Part shown: positions 29,393 through 37,874 of the stretch, one piece after another
How positions within the stretch are numbered: position 1 is the first letter of the stretch
How the letters are laid out: each line of letters opens with the position of its first letter
NCBI GenBank assembly: GCA_041665545.1
Contig: JBAYIQ010000001.1
Location: 44-64,043 of the forward strand
Origin: Patescibacteria group bacterium
GTDB lineage: Bacteria > Patescibacteriota > Patescibacteriia > UBA1558 > GWA2-36-10
Reading direction: 5' to 3'
Length of the DNA stretch: 64,000 bases
Notes under the pieces: generated by a model
Database searches by the model: none
Told to the model about the DNA's origin: nothing
Seen by the model: only the letters and a program-made list of their open reading frames with translations
Position numbers and translations under genes: made by a program

Positions 29393-30634
29393 ATGATAGA
29401 TCCAAAATTTATAAAAGAAAACAAAGCCAAAGTCTTGGCCAACAACAAAAGCCGGGGAGTGTCTGTTGATTTGGACAAACTTTTGCGTCTTTATGATCAG
29501 CGCAATGAACAGCAGGCCGAGATAGAGCAGAAAAGAAATACCAGAAATAAAAATTCTAAAACCAAACCAACGCCAGAAATTATTGAACAAATGAAAACTT
29601 TGGGTGAGGAGCTAAATAATTTGGAGATGAATATCCGAGTTACTGAAGACGAGCTCAATAATTTGCTTTATCAGTTACCGAATATGAACTGGACAGACAC
29701 TCCTATTGGCGCTTCAGATCAGGACAATAAGATAATCAAGACAGTCGGGGAAATGCCCGAGTTTGATTTTATGGCCTTGGATCATAGTGAGCTTGGCCTA
29801 CGTCTTGATTTGATTGACGCCGAAAAGGGGACAGCTTTATCAGGCAATAGATTTTGGTACTTGAAAAATGAACTAGTTGATTTGGAAATGGCGCTTATTC
29901 ATTTTGCTTGGAAAAAAATGCGTCAAGCGGGTTTTAGCCCCATGGCTGTGCCTCATTTGGTCAGAGAAAGAGCTATGTTTGGTACGGGTTTTTTCCCAGC
30001 GGAAATGAACGAAGTTTACAAAGTAAATCCCGGAGAAGATGATTTATTTTTAATCGGTACAGCCGAAGTGCCTTTGATAAATTATCATGCTGATGAGGTA
30101 CTTGATTTGAGTAAAGCCAAAAAGTATTTTGCTTTTACTCCAGCTTATAGGCGAGAAGCGGGTAGCTATGGCCAAGACACCAAAGGCATACTTCGGGGCC
30201 ATCAGTTTGATAAAATTGAGATGGTGATTTTTTGTGAGCCAGCGCAGTCGGAAAGTATGCACCAAGAAATATTGAGCTTAGAGGAGAGTATTTATCAGGC
30301 CTTAGAATTGCCCTATCACGTGGTCAATATTTGCACTGGCGATTTGGGTGCGGTCGCAGCCAAAAAGTATGATTTGGAAGCTTGGATGCCCGGACAAAAT
30401 AAATACCGAGAAATTACTTCCTGTACCAATGCCACTGACTATCAGTCTAGGCGTCTAAATATCAAGTATATTAAAGACGGCAAAAAAGAACTTTGCCACA
30501 CGCTCAATGGCACAGTAATAGCTTTGGGTAGGGTCATGATTGCTATTATGGAAAATTACCAAACCAAAGATGGCAGTATAAGGATGCCCAAAGTACTACA
30601 CGAGTATTTAGACTTCAAAGAAATAAAAAAATAA
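29393..30634 (+). CDS. serS: serine--tRNA ligase
   Basis: N-terminal coiled-coil arm, class II core (RREAGSYGQDTKGILRGHQFDKIEM). Confidence 0.9.
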   Translation: MIDPKFIKENKAKVLANNKSRGVSVDLDKLLRLYDQRNEQQAEIEQKRNTRNKNSKTKPTPEIIEQMKTLGEELNNLEMNIRVTEDELNNLLYQLPNMNWTDTPIGASDQDNKIIKTVGEMPEFDFMALDHSELGLRLDLIDAEKGTALSGNRFWYLKNELVDLEMALIHFAWKKMRQAGFSPMAVPHLVRERAMFGTGFFPAEMNEVYKVNPGEDDLFLIGTAEVPLINYHADEVLDLSKAKKYFAFTPAYRREAGSYGQDTKGILRGHQFDKIEMVIFCEPAQSESMHQEILSLEESIYQALELPYHVVNICTGDLGAVAAKKYDLEAWMPGQNKYREITSCTNATDYQSRRLNIKYIKDGKKELCHTLNGTVIALGRVMIAIMENYQTKDGSIRMPKVLHEYLDFKEIKK

Positions 30635-31744
30635 ATGGCTGGCACCTTCATTGAATTAAATAGCCGTAATTTGGAACACAACTTACGGCAGTTTAAAAAT
30701 ATAGCGCCCCAGTCCGAATTATGGCCAGTAGTCAAAAGCAATGCTTACGGGCATGGCCTAAAAGAAATTGTTGGCTTATTAAATAATAATCCATTAGTGT
30801 CTGGCTTGCTGGTGGTTAATCTGGAAGAAGCTTTGTTTGTTTCTACTTTGAGTCAGAAGTCGTTGATGGTGTTGAGTTATTTTGATTTTGACGATGAACA
30901 ACTAAAATCAGCTATTGAGAAAAAAATTATTTTGCCTATTTATAACTTTGAGTCATTTGAATATTTACAACAGTTAGCCAAAAAATTAAACAAACAAATT
31001 GCCGTGTCAGTAAAAATAGACAGCGGTACTAATCGTCTGGGTTTCAAAAAAGAGGATGAGCCCCTTGTCTCAGAAATAATGAGTAGTAAATATTTTCAAG
31101 TGCATAGCATCTATACACATTTTGCCGAATCAGAAGCCAGTAATTTGGATTTTACACAACAGCAATTAAAGCAACTCTTGGAATATAAAAAAAAGTATTC
31201 CACGATAAAATTACACGTGGCTTGTTCAGCAGCAGCCATTGGCCTGCCAGAAACTAGGTTGGATATTTTGCGTCTGGGCTTAGCACTTTATGGTCTATGG
31301 CCATCACATTCCAGTCAAACTCGTGGTCAAGAGCAGAAAATGGATCTAAGGCCAATACTATCTTTAAAAACAAAAATTATTCAAATAAAAAACATTGTGG
31401 CTGGCGAAAGCATTGGTTACAACCGTACTTTTGTCGCGGATAGTGATTTAAAGATAGCAGTTTTGCCCATTGGCTACTACGAAGGCCTGCCTAGGTTATT
31501 ATCCAACAATGGCCAAGTGCTGATAAGGGGACAGCGTTGCCAGATCAGAGGCAACATCTGCATGAATCTGAGTATGGTCGAATTAGCAAAGGGCTTAGAC
31601 GCCAAGGTAGGGGACGAGGTAGTGATTATTGGTCAAAGTGGTTCCGAACATATTGGCGCTGAGGAGCTGGCTATCCGCGCTCAGTCTATCAACTATGAAA
31701 TCTTAGCCAGATTAAATCCAAATTTAAAGAGAATAATAGTTTGA
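30635..31744 (+). CDS. alr: alanine racemase
   Basis: VVKSNAYGHG PLP-lysine motif. Confidence 0.85.
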   Translation: MAGTFIELNSRNLEHNLRQFKNIAPQSELWPVVKSNAYGHGLKEIVGLLNNNPLVSGLLVVNLEEALFVSTLSQKSLMVLSYFDFDDEQLKSAIEKKIILPIYNFESFEYLQQLAKKLNKQIAVSVKIDSGTNRLGFKKEDEPLVSEIMSSKYFQVHSIYTHFAESEASNLDFTQQQLKQLLEYKKKYSTIKLHVACSAAAIGLPETRLDILRLGLALYGLWPSHSSQTRGQEQKMDLRPILSLKTKIIQIKNIVAGESIGYNRTFVADSDLKIAVLPIGYYEGLPRLLSNNGQVLIRGQRCQIRGNICMNLSMVELAKGLDAKVGDEVVIIGQSGSEHIGAEELAIRAQSINYEILARLNPNLKRIIV

Positions 31745-31792
31745 TTATATATAATACGACACAAGGTATAAGTAAATAAAACAATAGGGAAG

Positions 31793-32626
31793 ATGACGAA
31801 CAGCATCAAAACAAATAAACCCTGGCAAAAACATAGTAGCTACAAAGCACATAAACCATATGGCTTGTATTATGACGAGCTAGTAAAAAAAAGACGTAGT
31901 AGTGTTAAGCGTATAATTTATATTATTATTTTTATTTTGATCTTGCAAAGTTTTTTCCAAGCGCCTTTTTTAAGTTTACGCAAAGTTGAATTAAGAGGTA
32001 ATAGTTTCTATAAAGACGAAGAGGTAAAACAATACGTTCAAACTGCCTTGGAAGAGAAAAAGTGGCTATTTTTCCAAAATAATAATTTCTTTCTTTTTAA
32101 AGCCGGGTCTTTGAAGGACCAATTAATCAAGCAATATAATCTTAGCGATGTTAGCATCAAAAAAACTTTTCCCAACAAGCTCAGTATAAATTTTATCGAA
32201 AAGACCTCACAGTTTATCTGGAAAAAGAATGACAGCTATTATTTGATGGACGCCAAGGGTCAGCTCAATGGTCAAATAAACGAGATTAATAATAAATATA
32301 TAATTTTGGCAGACTTCAGGTCATATCAGCCCAAAAACAATGAAAATATCTTTCGTCCTGATGAAATTGAGCTGATTCAGGGCATAATTACCCTGTGGCA
32401 GGAAAAACTAGCCAATATGGTCAAAATAGAGGCCATAAATATAGGGGACGATTGGTCTACTTTTGATATAAAGACCAATTTGAGCTATATAGCCAAAATT
32501 AACCCTCAAGATGATATAAATGCTCAGCTGGAAAATTATCGGCGCATCTTGCTAGAAGGGAATGTAGTGGGTACTGATATAAACTATATTAATCTGCGCT
32601 TTGGTGAAAAAGCATATTTTCAGTAG
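31793..32626 (+). CDS. FtsQ/DivIB-like cell division protein (POTRA domain)
   Basis: Short cytoplasmic N-term, single TM, then POTRA-like LRKVELRGNSFY... Confidence 0.4.
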   Translation: MTNSIKTNKPWQKHSSYKAHKPYGLYYDELVKKRRSSVKRIIYIIIFILILQSFFQAPFLSLRKVELRGNSFYKDEEVKQYVQTALEEKKWLFFQNNNFFLFKAGSLKDQLIKQYNLSDVSIKKTFPNKLSINFIEKTSQFIWKKNDSYYLMDAKGQLNGQINEINNKYIILADFRSYQPKNNENIFRPDEIELIQGIITLWQEKLANMVKIEAINIGDDWSTFDIKTNLSYIAKINPQDDINAQLENYRRILLEGNVVGTDINYINLRFGEKAYFQ

Positions 32627-32714
32627 AGGAATAGCGCGAGTTTAGTACTCAGAACGGTTTTGATGTTTTAATTAGCCAATATACTAACTGAGTATAATAA
32701 CCCTTACACTCAAT

Positions 32715-32743
32715 TTGACATATGCTTTGGTGCTTGCTATCAT
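32715..32743 (+). promoter_or_regulatory. promoter candidate TTGACA-N17-TATCAT ending 7 nt before the xerC ATG (possible leaderless transcript)
   Basis: ttgaca 32715-32720, tatcat 32738-32743, ATG at 32750. Confidence 0.35.
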
Positions 32744-32749
32744 ATATAT

Positions 32750-33703
32750 ATGGCTAAAACAAAAAAATACACTCTTCCCCTCTTGGATGAGTACTTGGAA
32801 AATATCCAGTCCAATAATTATTCTCCGGAGACAGTTTACAACTACGAACGCGACTTAAAAACTTTTGAAGATTTTTTGTCAGCTGATATTAAAAAAGATT
32901 TCTTGAAATTGGATAAACGGGATTTGATCAAATATAAGGCCTACCTCTCTTCTATTGACCGACTGACTGCCTCCCGGAGCTTAGGAGAAAAAAAATTATC
33001 CAGCTATAGCATCAATCGTGTTTTGTCGGCTTTGAGATCTTATTTGAAATTTTTGATTGACATGGATTACAAGACGCCGATCACTGCTGACGCAGTCAAG
33101 CTTCTAAAGACTGAAAAAAAACGCAGTCAAGTACCGGAGATGCTGGAGCTCATAAAATTAATTGAAGCACCAGCCAGATTTGAAACTGATCCACTGATCA
33201 AACTACGCAATCGCGCCATGTTGGAAACTCTGTTTGCTACTGGCATGCGTATTTCAGAATTATTATCTTTGCGTCGTGAGCAACTAGACAATACTGGTCG
33301 CATCTATATCATGGGCAAGGGCAAAAAACAGCGCTTCGTCTATCTGACGCCACGCGCTACTAAACATCTGAAAAATTATTTAGCCAAAAGATTGGATGAT
33401 TCTGTTTTTATGTTTGTCCCCGGTCGTGGCCGAAACAATCCTCAGAAAAATAAAAAATTATCGGCCAATTATTTACAATACAAAATAAAAAGATACCGTG
33501 AGTTGTTGTTTATCAACATTCCAGTTTCAGCGCACTCACTGCGTCATGGTTTTGCTACCTATCTAGCTGAGAATGGCGCTAATCCAGCGGCCATCCAAAT
33601 ACTACTGGGCCACGAGTCATTGGACACTACTACGCGCTATGTGCATGCTTCAGATAAATACGCTGAAAAAGTGCATACTAAATTTCACCCCCTGAAAAAT
33701 TGA
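32750..33703 (+). CDS. xerC: tyrosine site-specific recombinase, XerC/XerD-like
   Basis: C-terminal catalytic R...HSLRHGFAT...LLGHESLDTTTRYVH (R-H-R-Y) and N-terminal core-binding domain. Confidence 0.8.
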   Translation: MAKTKKYTLPLLDEYLENIQSNNYSPETVYNYERDLKTFEDFLSADIKKDFLKLDKRDLIKYKAYLSSIDRLTASRSLGEKKLSSYSINRVLSALRSYLKFLIDMDYKTPITADAVKLLKTEKKRSQVPEMLELIKLIEAPARFETDPLIKLRNRAMLETLFATGMRISELLSLRREQLDNTGRIYIMGKGKKQRFVYLTPRATKHLKNYLAKRLDDSVFMFVPGRGRNNPQKNKKLSANYLQYKIKRYRELLFINIPVSAHSLRHGFATYLAENGANPAAIQILLGHESLDTTTRYVHASDKYAEKVHTKFHPLKN

Positions 33704-34092
33704 CTTAAAAATTGAATATTTTTTTACTTATCCACAAGGCATGACTTGACGCAATTTATATATATGATATTATGAATATGCAAACGAAGCTTCGGCCTAG
33801 TTTGCGAGAACCGGTGCCAGGACAGGCACACCCCCTTCACCTCGCATACCTCGCGGTGGCGAATCGGGACTCTGTCCCACCCCTTCTCCGGCCGTCTCCC
33901 TCGTGGATACGGTCCTTTTTTTATTTTTAATATTTTCTAACAAACAAAAAAATACCACCAACACCAACGTCATTGCGAGGAGCCACCAACTGGTGGCGAC
34001 GAAGCAATCCACTAGCTGGTAGATTGCCACGCTCCGTCGAGCCGAGCTCGACGGGGCTCGCAATGACAAGGAATAATTAGCGGTTTTTTTAT

Positions 34093-34119
34093 TTAAGGTA
34101 AATAATTTAAAGCATCGAC
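34093..34119. repeat. 27-bp direct repeat copy A: duplicate of the 3' end of the M23 peptidase gene
   Basis: ttaaggtaaataatttaaagcatcgac identical to 34189-34215. Confidence 0.9.
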
Positions 34120-34152
34120 CCCTCGGCCATGCTCGGGGTCTTCGCTCGAACA

Positions 34153-34182
34153 AAAAAATACCCCCAGATGGGGGTATTTTTA
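34153..34182. terminator. strong hairpin terminator candidate (bidirectional)
   Basis: aaaaaaatacccccagatgggggtattttta. Confidence 0.55.
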
Positions 34183-34188
34183 TAGTAA

Positions 34189-35448
34189 TTAAGGTAAATA
34201 ATTTAAAGCATCGACTGGCACACCATTGAGACGGATTTCTAAGTGCAAATGCGGACCAGTAGATAAGGGGCCTGCGCCACGAGTGCCAGGCATACCACCA
34301 GAATAGCCAATAACTTGACCCTTGGTCACAAATTGTTCTGATTCAACGCTGATTTGATTGACGTGGCCATAGACACTGGACAAGCCGTCAGCGTGCACGA
34401 TCATAATATAGCTGTAGCCAGTTTTGCCACCGTCTTTGACCTTGGCCACATAGCCGGATTGTACAGCTTTGATAGGCGTACCTTGAGCCGCAGCAATATC
34501 AATGGCCGGGTGTTCAAATACATAGCGGAAAGGATAATCAGGATCATGAAAGTAAGCCGTGATAGTGCGTGAGCCCACTGGCCAAGAAAGCCCCGGAGAA
34601 GCTGTGTCTTCCTGTTTTTTTTGCAACTCCCTATTTAATTTTTCGCGGGCAATTTTTTCTAAGTAGACTATATCAGAATTGGCTTGGCTTTGTTCGGCCT
34701 TGGCTTGCTTTAAGAGCTCTTCAAATTTGGCCTGCTGTCCTTGAGTTAATTTAACTAATTGGGCTTTGGTATTTTTTTGCTCGTCCAATGCCCCCTTCTT
34801 ATTATCCAAAATATTTTTTAAAGCATCCAGCTCAGTGCGGTTGTTTTCTAGGTCTGCCTGGTCATTGACCATGGCCATTTTGACAGTTTTCAAATCATTG
34901 ACTTGCAACACCACTAGATCCTGCATTTTTTCTAGCTGATCAACTTGATTCATGAAGTCACTGAAATTTTCATTGATTACCAAAATTTCCAAGAGACTAC
35001 TCTGCTGTTGTTCTTGGTGCAGAGAACGAAGTATTTCAGCTACATTTTCTTTGAGGTCAGCAATCTCCCGCTCTTTGGCTTGAATTTTTAACTCGGTATT
35101 TTCGATTTTCAAGTTAGCTGTTTCTATTTCTAAACCCGCGGCTTTGATTTCCAAGTTAATTTTGGCAATATTGGAATTCAAAATACTTAATTGAGCTGAT
35201 AATTCACCAATTTCATCTTTTTTGGCCGCCACATTTTTTTCATAAATGGTCATTTGCTTTTTCAGCTCATCAATCTGGGCTCTTTTGTCATTGATGTCTT
35301 GGTTGATCTGCCAGCTATCTACTTTGTCCAAGTTGTCCAAGGTATACTCAACAGCAATACTATGCTTGATAAACAAAAACAAGCCCAAAAAGCTCAGGCC
35401 GATAAAAAATATGGTTAATTTTTTTTGTTTTGGTGTTTTGACAAGCAT
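34189..35448 (-). CDS. M23 family peptidoglycan metalloendopeptidase with N-terminal coiled-coil (EnvC-like architecture)
   Basis: Signal/TM, long coiled-coil, C-terminal M23 domain with HxH (GPHLHLEIR). Confidence 0.8.
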   Translation of the reverse strand: MLVKTPKQKKLTIFFIGLSFLGLFLFIKHSIAVEYTLDNLDKVDSWQINQDINDKRAQIDELKKQMTIYEKNVAAKKDEIGELSAQLSILNSNIAKINLEIKAAGLEIETANLKIENTELKIQAKEREIADLKENVAEILRSLHQEQQQSSLLEILVINENFSDFMNQVDQLEKMQDLVVLQVNDLKTVKMAMVNDQADLENNRTELDALKNILDNKKGALDEQKNTKAQLVKLTQGQQAKFEELLKQAKAEQSQANSDIVYLEKIAREKLNRELQKKQEDTASPGLSWPVGSRTITAYFHDPDYPFRYVFEHPAIDIAAAQGTPIKAVQSGYVAKVKDGGKTGYSYIMIVHADGLSSVYGHVNQISVESEQFVTKGQVIGYSGGMPGTRGAGPLSTGPHLHLEIRLNGVPVDALNYLP

Positions 35449-35555
35449 TATTATGTTGACAACTATTATATTATATCATATTTTATGATTTTTTGCAAGG
35501 ACGAAAGTATTTTTCTTCGCCTTATATATAGTGTTGGGCGATGTAATAAAAATAT

Positions 35556-36188
35556 CTATTCTGGATCAGGATTTTTACAATATTTTGTTTCCACAGTATA
35601 TGATTTTGAATCCTCTAAATCATCGACCGTGAATCTCTCCTGACAAAATTTTTCTGCTAATGCATAAACCTTGTTAATTTTCGATTTATCTCCTTCAATG
35701 ATTACAACCGGTTCTCTATACACGGTATATTCATCGTTATATAAGAAACCAGCAGAGTAAATTTCTCCTTCGCATAAATCGAACTCACCACCCAATTCAC
35801 TTTTTACTTCTTCTATAGTATGAATCTTGTTATCCTTGCCATAACCCTCTAGTAAACCAAGGACTATCCTAAAACGAGGTTCTTCTACTTTTTGTTGTTC
35901 GCTGGTTTCGATACCAAGTTTTTTTGCTAGAACATCAGTACTAGCTCGGCATTCTTCTATGGAGGGGACGCCATATTTTTTTCGGGGGTACCTAGTTCTT
36001 ATGTAAAGAGTCTTTTCTGTTATTTTGAAGCCTAAAAAATTTTGTCCAGTTTCAGTTACAGTTTCTCTCATTTTATTATCAAAATCACCATCTGGTATGG
36101 CATCTAAAGGCATAGAAGTAGACCAATGATCTATTGGTTTTAATTCCCTAAATTCTGGATTCTGTGTGATCTGTTCTGGTGTTTTCAT
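35556..36188 (-). CDS. hypothetical protein, last gene of the patatin cassette
   Basis: 210 aa, acidic, no recognisable motif. Confidence 0.4.
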   Translation of the reverse strand: MKTPEQITQNPEFRELKPIDHWSTSMPLDAIPDGDFDNKMRETVTETGQNFLGFKITEKTLYIRTRYPRKKYGVPSIEECRASTDVLAKKLGIETSEQQKVEEPRFRIVLGLLEGYGKDNKIHTIEEVKSELGGEFDLCEGEIYSAGFLYNDEYTVYREPVVIIEGDKSKINKVYALAEKFCQERFTVDDLEDSKSYTVETKYCKNPDPE

Positions 36189-36381
36189 ATAGTATTATTT
36201 CGTTTACTTTTTTAAAACTTTTTTGTGAAACATAACCCCCCTCTTCGTCTGAGGCGAGATTATATTCGTCTAAAATTCTATCAACGGTAAAATATTTAGC
36301 ACCAATTATTTTTGCTAATTTTTTAGAAATTGTGGATTTTCCACAACCTAGCGGGCCTCTGATTATAATGTAGTAGCTCAT
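36148..36381 (-). CDS. P-loop kinase-like N-terminal fragment (Walker A only); possibly truncated or frameshifted
   Basis: MSYYIIIRGPLGCGKSTISKKLAKIIGAKYFTVDRI resembles shikimate/gluconate-kinase N-termini; only ~77 aa; overlaps downstream ORF by 41 nt. Confidence 0.4.
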   Translation of the reverse strand: MSYYIIIRGPLGCGKSTISKKLAKIIGAKYFTVDRILDEYNLASDEEGGYVSQKSFKKVNEIILYENTRTDHTESRI

Positions 36382-36397
36382 ATAGTTGGACGATGTG

Positions 36398-36979
36398 TCA
36401 TGAGTTTTCCTCAGCACTTGGCAGATTGATAAAATTTTTCCCGAGTTTTTCATTCTCCGATTTTTGTTTGCGCAGTATAGCTAAACCATGGTCGCTTGAG
36501 GAGCGAATCGCTTCTAAGGTTTCAGGGTCGACAAAATAAACTTGAACACCATGGCTTAGCATGGCTTCAAGTGCAGAATCGAATTCAATTTTGTCACTTG
36601 GTTTAACTTTAACATTATTAGTCCATTCATCCCTATGTTCCTCATTGGTAACATTAAAACCCTCCGGTGGTAATGTATAGATAGCCCCACCCTTGTCAGC
36701 GGCAAGAAAACGCTCTCGATCACTAATAATCATTAAATGAACACCATTAATAGTATTTTTTTGTGTCCAGCTATGATCAACTGGCACAAGGAACATGCTT
36801 GATCTACCGAGGTCTGAAGTAGCAAATATGACTGGTCCTTCTTTTGGCTCACGGACTGATTCGGCGCGTGGCTCAAATTCGGTAATATCACGTCGAACTG
36901 AAGCATGATACAAAATTGGTGGCCTTTCTTTTTCTCGAGAAGGTTCATTGGTGGGAAAATTTTGTTCAAATTTGTTCAT
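36398..36979 (-). CDS. hypothetical protein, patatin cassette
   Basis: 193 aa; start overlaps the patatin stop by 14 nt. Confidence 0.4.
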   Translation of the reverse strand: MNKFEQNFPTNEPSREKERPPILYHASVRRDITEFEPRAESVREPKEGPVIFATSDLGRSSMFLVPVDHSWTQKNTINGVHLMIISDRERFLAADKGGAIYTLPPEGFNVTNEEHRDEWTNNVKVKPSDKIEFDSALEAMLSHGVQVYFVDPETLEAIRSSSDHGLAILRKQKSENEKLGKNFINLPSAEENS

Positions 36980-37868
36980 AAATTTTATTTTTTAACAAGA
37001 ATTCCTCAGTCTTTTTTATGCCGTGTCTATATAAATTTAGTAATTCGTTTTTACTATCACATAAATTATGGATATCTATATCACTAGCGATATAGAGCAC
37101 ATTGGGATTTTTTAGTATTTTTTTGAGTTTATAGTATTCCAAAATGTCATTTTTGTTAAAAATTATGGAGAATTTTTTTAGATACAATGCTGATAAAATT
37201 GACCACAAAAAATTTGAAAAAATACTTTTGGCATACACACGAAAATTAATTGGTTTATTAAATATTAATATAAAAATTTTGTCTTGGTGTAATTCTATTT
37301 GTTTTATTAGATAGTTATCAAATTTATTTGATAAGCTGTCATTATCAGCATAAATTTCCTCTCCAATTTTAACAGTTTTAGGATAAAAAGGTATTATTGC
37401 CGAAGAAGCTTGAATTTTTTTCAAAGTGTTTTCAACTCCCTTTAAATATTCGGCTTTATCTTTTTTAAGGTTAAAAACTTTTATGAAAAAATTAATTTCG
37501 GAATCGTTAATTAAATCTACTTTAAGTTTTTTTGTTGTTTTTTCTAAATTAATTAAATAGTCAATGTCTATTACGTGTTCAATTTTTTGTTTTTTAAAGG
37601 CATTAAAGATTAATTGTCTTAAAAAAATTCCAAATTTATTTTTATGAATAAACTTTTTTTCAATTAAATCTTCATAGTAGATAGTCGATCCTCTGGGGGC
37701 GTCTTTTGTCAGAAAAAAGGCAGCATTATGGGCTCCGGCCGATATACCGTAGACACTTTCAATTTTATGGTAAATATTGGCTTCTTGTAATGCGGAAGCC
37801 ACGCCTGCGCCAAATACACCATTCATTGTGCCACCGTTAAAGATGAAGATTAGGTTTCTTTTTTGCAT
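36966..37868 (-). CDS. patatin-like phospholipase
   Basis: Glycine-rich oxyanion region GGTMNGVFGAG and GxSxG nucleophile motif GISAGA. Confidence 0.75.
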   Translation of the reverse strand: MQKRNLIFIFNGGTMNGVFGAGVASALQEANIYHKIESVYGISAGAHNAAFFLTKDAPRGSTIYYEDLIEKKFIHKNKFGIFLRQLIFNAFKKQKIEHVIDIDYLINLEKTTKKLKVDLINDSEINFFIKVFNLKKDKAEYLKGVENTLKKIQASSAIIPFYPKTVKIGEEIYADNDSLSNKFDNYLIKQIELHQDKIFILIFNKPINFRVYAKSIFSNFLWSILSALYLKKFSIIFNKNDILEYYKLKKILKNPNVLYIASDIDIHNLCDSKNELLNLYRHGIKKTEEFLLKNKIYEQI

Positions 37869-37874
37869 ATCAAT

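Larger units (their letters stand above)
33790..34186. repeat. GC-rich multi-hairpin non-coding region (candidate structured RNA or palindromic repeat cluster)
   Basis: Nested perfect stems gtcattgcgag/ctcgcaatgac, ccgtcgagc/gctcgacgg, gccacca/tggtggc, gcaaac/gtttgc; T-runs after two modules. Confidence 0.45.

Noticed and set aside
33797-34153. 118-aa minus-strand ORF across the GC-rich hairpin region
   Set aside because: Its translation is Pro/Arg/Ala-rich low complexity, generated by GC-rich palindromes. It spans T-run terminators and the 27-bp repeat. More plausibly non-coding.
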